From IMG/VR virus record IMGVR_UViG_3300006033_000025: a stretch of 64,000 nucleotides of DNA. The stretch is one strand, 5' to 3'. The DNA is from a virus. Under the pieces are notes generated by a model. The model saw only the letters and a list, made by a program, of their open reading frames with translations. It had not been told where the DNA came from and searched no databases. The position numbers and the translations under genes are program-made. Shown here piece by piece: positions 17,733 through 25,818 of this stretch. Each line of letters starts with the position of its first letter. Position 1 is the stretch's first letter.

Positions 17733-18988
17733 GCAGCGAACTCGATCAGACGAACCACGTTGGTCTGGCTCGTCTTGTAGACGATCGCTTCATGCGCGCT
17801 GAATCCGGCGGCGCCTGGGACGACGTCGACAGAATCGTAGCCCGCAGGCGGGCTCTGGACGCGGGACTTCGGGATGAAGCCCTTGCCCATCGCGACTTCG
17901 ACCAGGAACATGTAGCAGCTGCGACGAACCGACGAGCGGAACTGCCCGGCGTAGCTCATGCTCTTGTGGCTCTGGCGGCTGGCATAGACGCCGTTGCCAA
18001 AGTTGCGACCGTTCGAGCAGTGGGCAGGGATGATGAGGCCCTTGGCGAAGATGGAGAGGACGTTGCCGACGCTGGTGCCGTGCCACATCTCTTCGACGTT
18101 GCCGATCTTCTTGCCCTCCTTGTCGAACGCCTTCTTCATATGGTTGATCGTCACGTCGTAGACGTTGCGAACATCCATGTCGGGGCGTCCGTACTCGTAG
18201 GTCTTCTTGAACTTGGTGCGGATGCGCTCGATCTCGGTCGTGTCGAGCATCTTCTTGATGTCAATGTCCCACACGCGAGGTGCCTTCGGTGCCTTCTTGC
18301 TCTTCACTGGCTTGGCAGCCATCTCCAGCGAACCTTCGAGGGATTCGAGGATGTCGTTCTGCTTCTGCACAGCGTCGAGGTTCGGAAACATCCGATTGAA
18401 CGTCGGCCGGTCACGGCCTATGTCCGTCGGGATGAGCATCATGTAGGCAGCAGCCAGCTTGTTGACATCAGCTTCCACTACCATACCCGGCGCTGTCAGC
18501 ACATGCTGAATCTCCGCGAGACGCTCGCGTGCTTCGTCGATCGAGTCCTGGCTGACGATGCCGAGCGGCGTGCTGAACAGGCCCGACACCTTGTCGTACT
18601 TCAGCGTAGTAGCCGACGAGATGTTGTGGACGTTCTGCTCGCTGAGGAAGGTAACCAGCTTGGCGATGGTCGGATCGCCTTTAGCGATCTCGTCGACGGC
18701 GGTCTTCGCCGTAGCAGCGCCCTTGGTCTGCGGCTGTGCTGGCTCTGCACCAGCGATCGCCACCTCCTTGTAGCCGTCCTTCAGCGCGCTCTTCAGCTTC
18801 GCGCGTGCCTTGCTCTCGCTGACGAGATGCGTGACGCCGGGGTCACCGACGCGTCCATAGCTGTGGAGGAACTGGCCGTCGGCCTGCTTCTCCCACTTAT
18901 GGAACTTGTTGCTGTTGTTCTTAGACGTTGAGGTCGCCTCAGTGCTCACGCACACGATGACGACCTTGTCCGGCATGACATCGACCAT
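17729..18988 (-). CDS. poly(ADP-ribose) polymerase-like protein (WGR domain + PARP catalytic domain)
   Basis: N-terminus FHKWEKQADGQFLHSYGRVGDPG = WGR-type motif; C-terminus WHGTSVGNVLSIFAKGLIIP...GNGVYAS...YMFLVEVAMGKGF...IVYKTSQTNVVRLIEF aligns to the PARP H-G-S / Y-Y-E catalytic core. Confidence 0.8.
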   Translation of the reverse strand: MVDVMPDKVVIVCVSTEATSTSKNNSNKFHKWEKQADGQFLHSYGRVGDPGVTHLVSESKARAKLKSALKDGYKEVAIAGAEPAQPQTKGAATAKTAVDEIAKGDPTIAKLVTFLSEQNVHNISSATTLKYDKVSGLFSTPLGIVSQDSIDEARERLAEIQHVLTAPGMVVEADVNKLAAAYMMLIPTDIGRDRPTFNRMFPNLDAVQKQNDILESLEGSLEMAAKPVKSKKAPKAPRVWDIDIKKMLDTTEIERIRTKFKKTYEYGRPDMDVRNVYDVTINHMKKAFDKEGKKIGNVEEMWHGTSVGNVLSIFAKGLIIPAHCSNGRNFGNGVYASRQSHKSMSYAGQFRSSVRRSCYMFLVEVAMGKGFIPKSRVQSPPAGYDSVDVVPGAAGFSAHEAIVYKTSQTNVVRLIEFAA

Positions 18989-19396
18989 TCAGTTCTTCTC
19001 TTTCTTGGCATTCTCGGCCGCGACGACCGAGTTGTGGTAGTCGATGGCCGCCTGACCAGCCTTCTTGAAGAGTTCGATGCACTCGTCGGTGTAGGCCCGG
19101 CCACGCGAGTCCCTGCCCGTGGCGTGGCCGACGCCGACCATGCCAGCGAGTGGACGCGGGCCCCGCGTGAAGACCGGGTCGTTGAAGAGGACGAAGTGGA
19201 ACTTCGTTCCAGGCGTGTCGGTCGATTCGAGCGGGTAGACCCAGATGCCTTCGACATCCTCTTGCTCGTCGGAGCCGGCCTTTCGCTTGCCGAGGTTCAC
19301 CTTCTCCAGCTTCTTGCTGGCACTCATCGCCTCGTACTCGTCAGTGGTGACGTAGCCGCGCTTGATGATGGTTTCAGGGATGATCTTGGTACTCAT
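18989..19396 (-). CDS. hypothetical protein adjacent to PARP-like gene
   Basis: ATG at 19396 with AAAGGA SD; 135 aa; stop abuts PARP start (TGAATG). Confidence 0.55.
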   Translation of the reverse strand: MSTKIIPETIIKRGYVTTDEYEAMSASKKLEKVNLGKRKAGSDEQEDVEGIWVYPLESTDTPGTKFHFVLFNDPVFTRGPRPLAGMVGVGHATGRDSRGRAYTDECIELFKKAGQAAIDYHNSVVAAENAKKEKN

Positions 19397-20237
19397 CGAG
19401 TTGGTCCTTTGGGAACTCACGGTTGTTGTCTTTGCACCAATCCCAGATCGTGTCGATCTGCGACTGGGTTGGCTTGGTGTGCCAATAGAGGTCAGCAGGC
19501 TTCTTGATGAGGCCCTGGTTTGCTTCCTGGACTTTCACCCATCCTTGTTTGAGCATCTCGTCACCGTTCTTGTACCCCAGCGCATCAGCGAGTGCGTCGT
19601 GCTGGAAGTACTTGCACGGGAAGAAGACCCCGTCCTTTTTGATCCAACCGCACCAGTTGCCCTTCAGTGGCCCTGGCTCTGGTTTGACGGTTTCAGCCGT
19701 AGCGCCCATGTACTGCATGAAGAACATGGCGTTCGGATCCTTCAGGATCTCACGCGGAACGAGGGCTCCGCCGATTCTGAAGCTATCGAGCTTGGGTTCT
19801 GCCACCGACTGGTCAGCGAACTGGATGGCCATGCGCACGCGCTGGTCACGCCGTCTCTCGTCCTCTTCTTCGATGGCAATGCTGAGCAGACGCAGCGGCT
19901 CGGCCAGCCGCTTCTCGGCGGCTTTGTCGATCATGCGCGTCAGCGTCTTGGACATCACGTCAGAGAACGACAGCAAGTTGCCATGCTCGCTCACTGTGAC
20001 GTTGTCATCTTCGAGGTGCATGTCGGAGTCGGGGCCACTCGACTTGCCTGCGAGCTTCAGAGAACCCGTCAGGATCTGGAAGATGCGCTGCATGCTGAAC
20101 TCGGGGAAAGCCGAGGTGAGCACCTTCACAGCGTGGAACGGCTCGTCTTCATCGGCCCACCGGGAGCGGCAGAAGTTCGTCAGCCACTCGCCATGGATCG
20201 TGAAGTAGAGCTTGCGTGTCGTGGTCGAAGTTGTCAT
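19374..20237 (-). CDS. hypothetical protein
   Basis: 287 aa, AAGAGG SD. Confidence 0.7.
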   Translation of the reverse strand: MTTSTTTRKLYFTIHGEWLTNFCRSRWADEDEPFHAVKVLTSAFPEFSMQRIFQILTGSLKLAGKSSGPDSDMHLEDDNVTVSEHGNLLSFSDVMSKTLTRMIDKAAEKRLAEPLRLLSIAIEEEDERRRDQRVRMAIQFADQSVAEPKLDSFRIGGALVPREILKDPNAMFFMQYMGATAETVKPEPGPLKGNWCGWIKKDGVFFPCKYFQHDALADALGYKNGDEMLKQGWVKVQEANQGLIKKPADLYWHTKPTQSQIDTIWDWCKDNNREFPKDQLDEYQDHP

Positions 20238-20449
20238 TCCAGCCTCTTTGCTACGTCGATAGCACTGCCTTCGACGTCGATGCTCACGCTGTCGCGCATC
20301 ACGATGGTGCTCACCTTGTCTCGCCGCAGTGGGTGAAGAGCCGGCGTCACGTACAGGACGTGACGCCGGACCACCATCACAGCGCGGCCAGGAGCTGCCA
20401 CTGGCCGGGGATCGGCCAGCGTCAGCTCAACGAAGCGCCGCTTGGCCAT
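20234..20449 (-). CDS. hypothetical small protein
   Basis: 71 aa, ATGA overlap. Confidence 0.45.
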   Translation of the reverse strand: MAKRRFVELTLADPRPVAAPGRAVMVVRRHVLYVTPALHPLRRDKVSTIVMRDSVSIDVEGSAIDVAKRLE

Positions 20450-20450
20450 G

Positions 20451-20753
20451 TCAGATCTTGACGATGGGCGCGGTGCTGTCGAAGAAGACGTGCTGGATGA
20501 TCGTGGTGTTGTGAAGGATCAGGATGCCAGCGTAGGTGTAGCCAGCGGGCGCCTTGCCGCCGGTGCCCACGATCTGGAACTTCACCTCGGCGCAGTCGCC
20601 CTCGACGTTCTCGGGCACGAGCGCCCAGGCACAGATCTGGGTCTCGCCGGTCTCCGCGTTGACCTGCGGGGCCACGTGGGTGATCTTGGCGCCGGCCGGC
20701 ATCTGCACGACAGAGCGGTTCTTGTGGGGGATGATGTACTTGAAGATGTTCAC
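20451..20753 (-). CDS. hypothetical protein
   Basis: C-terminal 100 codons of track ORF 20451..21050 are GC3-rich and protein-like; start GTG 20753 or ATG 20702. Confidence 0.5.
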   Translation of the reverse strand: MNIFKYIIPHKNRSVVQMPAGAKITHVAPQVNAETGETQICAWALVPENVEGDCAEVKFQIVGTGGKAPAGYTYAGILILHNTTIIQHVFFDSTAPIVKI

Positions 20754-20763
20754 GGTGAGCCTT

Positions 20764-21339
20764 TCAGTAGTGCTCGGGGTCGATGGTCTGTTCGAGCCAC
20801 CGGATGGCAGCATCGAGTTCGTCAAAGAGCGGCATGGTTGCGAGGCTCGAAACGGCAGACGACGTGATGCCGTTGTCCTCACTGAGAGCGTTGTACAGCA
20901 GCCGGGACTCGGACGCGTACAGACGCTTGAATGAATCAGCGAAGTGCCCCATCTCGCGCAGGTTATCAGCCCTGTCCGCGAGCTTGATGCACTTGGCTTC
21001 GAGGCTGACCTTTGACAGGTGCTCTCGATCGAGCTGCTTGCGGGCAGCACGATTCAGAGCCTTGTTCTCGGGCTTGTGCGACGGGTTCGTCAGTTCGAGA
21101 ACCAGCTGCATGGTTCCGAAGTTGAGGCTGTTGCCGATGTCGTTGGCCGGGACGGTGGTGTCTTCGAGAATGTCGTGACACCACGCGGCAGCGACCATCT
21201 CTTCGGTGGCGTTGTCGAGGCGCGAGATGCGTGCAGCGACGCGGCCAGGGTGGATGATGTACGGAAGGTCCATGCCCTTCCGCTTCTGCCCATGGTGGGC
21301 GATCTCAGCGAACTTGGCGGCCCGGAGGATGATGTTCAT
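20764..21339 (-). CDS. HD-domain small alarmone hydrolase (RelA/SpoT-type (p)ppGpp/(p)ppApp hydrolase)
   Basis: AEIAHHGQKRKGMDLPYIIHPGRVA...CHDILEDT matches the HD motif of RelA/SpoT/Mesh1 hydrolases. Confidence 0.75.
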   Translation of the reverse strand: MNIILRAAKFAEIAHHGQKRKGMDLPYIIHPGRVAARISRLDNATEEMVAAAWCHDILEDTTVPANDIGNSLNFGTMQLVLELTNPSHKPENKALNRAARKQLDREHLSKVSLEAKCIKLADRADNLREMGHFADSFKRLYASESRLLYNALSEDNGITSSAVSSLATMPLFDELDAAIRWLEQTIDPEHY

Positions 21340-21503
21340 GTGCTTTTCAGCTTTCCGGCCTTCACCTCGTCACGGTACTTCCGCGCTGCGCGCTTCAGTG
21401 CCGCGTTCGGTGGCTTCGGATCGTTGATGATCTTGAGGACTTGCTTGAATGCCTTCGGCGGGAGCTTGATGACGTTCTTCTTCAGCAGCTTGAGCTTCTT
21501 CAC
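21336..21503 (-). CDS. hypothetical small Lys-rich protein
   Basis: 55-aa ORF VKKLKLLKKNVIKLPPKAFKQVLKI...; GTGA overlap upstream and ATGA overlap downstream. Confidence 0.35.
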   Translation of the reverse strand: MKKLKLLKKNVIKLPPKAFKQVLKIINDPKPPNAALKRAARKYRDEVKAGKLKST

Positions 21504-21907
21504 GCGAGGGCGATGACGACGTCAGCCGGCAGCTGGAGGACGACGTAGTCACCAGCAACGGTGCCACGACCGGCCTTCAGGTTGTCGTAGGTGCGGATCG
21601 ACAGCGCGTCGGCCTTGACCAGCTTGGTCCAGCCGTGCTCCGTCGACCAGAACTTCGGCTCGCCGGTGTCGCTGTCGATCTGGTTGACGCCAGCGATCAC
21701 GTAGCGCGGCTTGTTGGACTGGCTGATAGCACATAGCTCGCTGGCGAGCACCTCGAACTCGGTGTATTCGCCTTCAGCGCACTTGCTCTTCAGCTTGTGG
21801 GTGACGGTGACCTTCTCGCCGTCTTCCTTGACGACGAAGACGTCGGCAGAGCAGCTGCCGGCGTCAGGATCTGACCAGTAGTACTGGCCGGACTTACGGA
21901 ATGCCAT
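21500..21907 (-). CDS. hypothetical protein
   Basis: 135 aa; AGGAA SD. Confidence 0.65.
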   Translation of the reverse strand: MAFRKSGQYYWSDPDAGSCSADVFVVKEDGEKVTVTHKLKSKCAEGEYTEFEVLASELCAISQSNKPRYVIAGVNQIDSDTGEPKFWSTEHGWTKLVKADALSIRTYDNLKAGRGTVAGDYVVLQLPADVVIALA

Positions 21908-21917
21908 GGTGATGTTC

Positions 21918-22691
21918 CTAACTGCCTAGACAGGCATCGGGGGTTTCGGGTGGTTTCTGCGTTTCACGAGCAATGGTCATGAGTTCTTCCGTCATCTCTC
22001 GGTATTCTCCGTCTGACGTCAGAAGTAACTTGAACGAGGACCAGTCAGCTATCCCGCCGCTAAAGCGGAGGGCAGAATGATTCTTCATGTTACAGAGTCG
22101 CTGTCCCATGTAGTTGAAGACGTGACCATGGTGCGTGAAAGCCATAGCTGTGGCGTCGTCGACGTAGAACGAGTACACACCGCGTCGTCCGAATGTCCGG
22201 CTGATCCAGTCCCACTCACGGCGCCCTTCGTCTTTGAAGAGCCTGCCCGTTATGTCAGAGCACAGCATGACTGCTGGTGGGCGAACGCCATGAAGCGGAG
22301 TGCCAACGAATCGCGTGTCGTTGACAACCGTGTTACGGTACTCGTACGCCTGCATGTATGCTTCGCTGATTTCCTTGTATTTGTTGTTGTAGATGTCTAA
22401 CTTCGTCTCGATGACGAACCAAGGAAACTGGCAAACACGACCGACGGCCTCGTCGGTCGGAATGACGAGCAGATCGTACCTCAAGCTACGGCCAGAGTAG
22501 TGGAAGGCATTCACCTGTGTATAGACCGTGAACCACTGCTTCAGCTTCGGAACGATGTACTCGATATATAGCTTTTCACTGAAATACGGAAGAGGATCAG
22601 CAGGACGCTGCATCGGATGCTTCGTCCCATACTCACGCAGCTTCTGGAGAAGTCGTTCGTTCTTCGCTTTCTCGTCCTCATCCGAGCCCAT
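21918..22691 (-). CDS. hypothetical protein in a lower-GC island; possible PD-(D/E)xK nuclease fold
   Basis: about 50% GC versus about 61% surroundings; YDLLVIPTDEAVG...PWFVIETKLD resembles a D...ExK motif; GAAGG SD. Confidence 0.65.
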   Translation of the reverse strand: MGSDEDEKAKNERLLQKLREYGTKHPMQRPADPLPYFSEKLYIEYIVPKLKQWFTVYTQVNAFHYSGRSLRYDLLVIPTDEAVGRVCQFPWFVIETKLDIYNNKYKEISEAYMQAYEYRNTVVNDTRFVGTPLHGVRPPAVMLCSDITGRLFKDEGRREWDWISRTFGRRGVYSFYVDDATAMAFTHHGHVFNYMGQRLCNMKNHSALRFSGGIADWSSFKLLLTSDGEYREMTEELMTIARETQKPPETPDACLGS

Positions 22692-23034
22692 GATGGACCT
22701 TCAGTTCTCGGATGATTCCGATGAGGGTTTGTTGATCGAGCTTGAAGAGCGCAGCCTCTTCGTTGGAACCGCCCAGCTTCACGAGATGGGCAGCGGTGTC
22801 GAAGGCATTGACGAGGTTCTGGAGACCGTCGATCAACTCCTTCGATGTGCGGACCTTGGCGCCATTGACCTTGTCGCGCTCGGCGCGATAGGCAGCGATG
22901 GCTTCTTCTGCCTTCTTCGAGAAGGCTTTCACGTATGGCACGTGGCTCGGCGCTCGGTCAGCCGTCACCTTGATGGTGAGCAGCGTGTCGACGAGCGTTT
23001 CGACCACGGGATGGTCGATGTTCAGCCGGAGCAT
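22678..23034 (-). CDS. hypothetical protein
   Basis: 118 aa. Confidence 0.6.
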   Translation of the reverse strand: MLRLNIDHPVVETLVDTLLTIKVTADRAPSHVPYVKAFSKKAEEAIAAYRAERDKVNGAKVRTSKELIDGLQNLVNAFDTAAHLVKLGGSNEEAALFKLDQQTLIGIIRELKVHHGLG

Positions 23035-23420
23035 GGCGTGTTCTCGTCGGGATCGGCGACCGAGAGGTCATCGACGTCTTCGCACTGGAGCGCCAGCATC
23101 TCCAGATTCTTGTGGAACGCGTCGAGGCCGCCCTGGCTGTCAGCCATGGCTGTGCAGTCCTTGTTCCCCCAGGTGCGCAGCGTCTCGACTTCGGTATCGA
23201 GCCCACGGACACGCGCGTCGTCGTACGGCTTGAAGCTCTTGGCATGGTGGCACGCCGCGATCATGTCCTGGTAGACCTTCTTGCGGAGTGGGCTGTCCTT
23301 CGGGTCTGGCTTGAAGCCAAGCGACGGCAGCAGCAGGTACGCCGTCATCTGGGTCAGGAACTCGTCGACTGCGGTGACGAGGTTGTTGTGCCGGTCGACG
23401 GTCTCTGCGATAGGCGGCAT
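23022..23420 (-). CDS. hypothetical protein
   Basis: ATG at 23420 with GAAGGAG SD (MPPIAETVDRHNNLV...); earlier part of track ORF is junk. Confidence 0.6.
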   Translation of the reverse strand: MPPIAETVDRHNNLVTAVDEFLTQMTAYLLLPSLGFKPDPKDSPLRKKVYQDMIAACHHAKSFKPYDDARVRGLDTEVETLRTWGNKDCTAMADSQGGLDAFHKNLEMLALQCEDVDDLSVADPDENTPCSG

Positions 23421-23421
23421 G

Positions 23422-23589
23422 TCAGTCTCCTTCGTGGGCATAGCAGGGGATGATGGGCGTCGGCGACTGGACGAGCCAGCTGCCGCAGATGCGATGTGGG
23501 GTGACCCACATGATCTGAGACCCACGACTGACGATGCGCCAGTGCGTGGTGAGCGACAGCGTAATGGCTGTCCAGTCGCTGATGAGCAC
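23422..23589 (-). CDS. possible small Trp-rich protein
   Basis: 55-aa GTG-initiated ORF filling the gap between flanking genes; weak. Confidence 0.2.
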   Translation of the reverse strand: MLISDWTAITLSLTTHWRIVSRGSQIMWVTPHRICGSWLVQSPTPIIPCYAHEGD

Positions 23590-23591
23590 GG

Positions 23592-23921
23592 TTATTGTCC
23601 TTTGAACGTGATGCGTGTGCAGACGTCGATTTCGAAGCCTTCGTGCCAGCTACCTGCCGTGTCGACATCGGCAGTGTTCTCGCCGACACGAACGAAGTAG
23701 TACAGATCGTCGTCGAGATCCAGGAGGTACTCGTGGATCGCACGACACTCCGGGAAGTAATCGGGCTCGTCGATGTACCACTTCAGGTGCTTATCGAAGA
23801 ACAGCTTGCCGTCTGGGCCTTCGTCAGCGTGGCTGAAGAGACTGCGCAGGTGCTTGAGGATAGCCGGAGGTACTTCGACCTCCGGCTTCAGGGCGACGAC
23901 AACCTGTGAGCGGTAGCCCAT
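23592..23921 (-). CDS. hypothetical protein
   Basis: 109 aa, acidic. Confidence 0.6.
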   Translation of the reverse strand: MGYRSQVVVALKPEVEVPPAILKHLRSLFSHADEGPDGKLFFDKHLKWYIDEPDYFPECRAIHEYLLDLDDDLYYFVRVGENTADVDTAGSWHEGFEIDVCTRITFKGQ

Positions 23922-24491
23922 CTACTTCTTTCCCTTCTTCATCTGCTTCTTGAACTGTTCGACGGTGCGGCTCGCCCAGCTGCTTGAGTTCATCCACTTG
24001 GCGCGGCGGTGCGTGAACACGACAGCGCCACCGTCGAACTCGTCGACGCGCATCTTGGAGCACGTGCACGCCCAGGTCATGTACCAGGGCGCAGCTGACT
24101 GCATCTCGGGAACGACGGTAGCCAGGAGCTGGAGGCAGCGGACAGCAGAGTCGACGTCGATGCTCTCGTCAGCCTTCACCCAGATGTCTTTGGCGTCGAG
24201 CTGCCAGTCGAATCCGAGGTATTCCCATTCGAGCTTCCAGCTCTTCACGACCTTCATGACGCGCTGAGCGCGCTTCTTCGTGTCGAGGTTGTCGAACAGG
24301 AGCGGCTTGTCGCCGGGAGGTTCGAGGCTCTTAATGAACGCATCGACATCGTCGACGGACTTGTCGTCCGGGTCGCCAGTCCCGTAGAGTTCGTGAGCCT
24401 TCTCGATCATGATCATAGCAGCCAGGATCGCGTTCTGGTCGGCGCCGCCGATGTCGATGCTCGACGACGACAGCATGTAGTTGTTAGCCAT
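23922..24491 (-). CDS. hypothetical protein
   Basis: ATG at 24491 overlaps thyX stop (TAATG); MANNYMLSSSSIDIGGADQNAILAAMIMIEKAHELYG...; upstream half of track ORF 23922..25070 is junk. Confidence 0.6.
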   Translation of the reverse strand: MANNYMLSSSSIDIGGADQNAILAAMIMIEKAHELYGTGDPDDKSVDDVDAFIKSLEPPGDKPLLFDNLDTKKRAQRVMKVVKSWKLEWEYLGFDWQLDAKDIWVKADESIDVDSAVRCLQLLATVVPEMQSAAPWYMTWACTCSKMRVDEFDGGAVVFTHRRAKWMNSSSWASRTVEQFKKQMKKGKK

Positions 24492-25585
24492 TAGACTGCC
24501 GACGGCCAGACTTCGTGGATGATGTTGACGATCTTCTCGTCGCTCACCAGCTTGCTGCGGCGCAGCTTGCCAGCGAACTCGTCGAAGCGGCGCTTGGTCC
24601 ACCCGCTGCTCGTCACAGCGTTGAGTTCGAAGCCGTTGAGTATGCCGTTGAGGACGATCAGCTCCTTGCCGGAGAAGTTCACCCCGTCGATGAAGTTGTC
24701 CTTGTGGCTCTCCCAGCTGCGCGGGAACAGGGCGTCGACCACACGGGCCATGGCGTCGGCGAAGACGCGGATCTCGTACTGGGCATGCTTGTCGGTGCGC
24801 AGCTTCAGGTAGTGCAGCATGTTCTTCAGGTCGATCTTCCACACGCACTGCGTGTAGATGTTGACGCCGAGCACGGCACGGGCCTGCTCTCGGGCGATCG
24901 GCACCTTGGCGAGCAGCTGATCGAGCGGGCTCTGGCCGTTGAACGGCTGCGCGTTGCTGGAACCGCCATAGCGCGAATCGCCGAGTTCGCCGTCGAGCGA
25001 CCCTTCGAGGAACTGCTGGTAGAGGCTGTAGGACAGGTCGTTGTGCTTCTTCAGCATGTCGTGCAGGCACTGCGCCTGGAGCGGCGAGATGCTGTACTTG
25101 ACGGTTGCCTGCTTGTCAGCTGCCGTGTTCAGCGCCCAGTCCTTGGCATCCGGGATGTAGAAGTCAGAGGCCAGCTCACTGTAGCGCGCGGACTCTTCGT
25201 TCAGGCTCGCCGTGCGGTGACGCACGTGCTGCCGCATCACGAAGATCGGCAGACGGATGTGGAACTTCAGCTCGCCCATCTCGATTGGGCTGGTGTGTTG
25301 GTTGCGGATGAGGTGGTCGATCAGGCCAGCATCAGCGCTGACCTTGCGGGTGCCCTTCTGGTAGCTGATGCGAGCGGCGTCAGCGATGGCAAAGTCGCAG
25401 GACGGCACGCCGTTGTCGTTGGGGCCTCCGCCGTCGACCTTTGGCAGCGGCACGAGGCGCGGCATGCAGTCCAGGATCTTGACGAAGCCGTGGTCCAGGC
25501 ACTTCTGGTTCAGCAGCTCAGGCGCGATGGTAGCGAGGACGTCGACCATCTGGTCGCCGGTCACCGGGTCGGTGAGAGTGTTCAC
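24491..25585 (-). CDS. thyX: flavin-dependent thymidylate synthase ThyX (long form)
   Basis: ThyX signature RHRX7S present as RHRTASLNEES; 364 aa. Confidence 0.8.
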   Translation of the reverse strand: MNTLTDPVTGDQMVDVLATIAPELLNQKCLDHGFVKILDCMPRLVPLPKVDGGGPNDNGVPSCDFAIADAARISYQKGTRKVSADAGLIDHLIRNQHTSPIEMGELKFHIRLPIFVMRQHVRHRTASLNEESARYSELASDFYIPDAKDWALNTAADKQATVKYSISPLQAQCLHDMLKKHNDLSYSLYQQFLEGSLDGELGDSRYGGSSNAQPFNGQSPLDQLLAKVPIAREQARAVLGVNIYTQCVWKIDLKNMLHYLKLRTDKHAQYEIRVFADAMARVVDALFPRSWESHKDNFIDGVNFSGKELIVLNGILNGFELNAVTSSGWTKRRFDEFAGKLRRSKLVSDEKIVNIIHEVWPSAV

Positions 25586-25818
25586 TTGGGTTTCTCCGAT
25601 CGTTTCAGGATCTCTTCGAGGTGTTGTTGGAGGCCGAGCATCTCCACGCGGAGCATGTAGTCGTCTCCATTGCCACGATTGACATAATCGAGGCCGAGTT
25701 GTTGCAGGCTGTGCATCTTGCGCGTCAGCGACATGATGTCGTTCTTCGAGACGCTCCGTGGCGGCATGGGCCGTCGTAGCGCTGTGAAGACATCTTCAGG
25801 GTCTATCTCTTCGCTCAC
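25582..25818 (-). CDS. hypothetical small protein
   Basis: 78 aa, ATGA overlaps. Confidence 0.5.
   Translation of the reverse strand: MSEEIDPEDVFTALRRPMPPRSVSKNDIMSLTRKMHSLQQLGLDYVNRGNGDDYMLRVEMLGLQQHLEEILKRSEKPK

Noticed and set aside
23354-23743. Minus ORF 23354..23743 (129 aa)
   Set aside because: S/T/R-rich low-complexity translation overlapping better ORFs in other frames.
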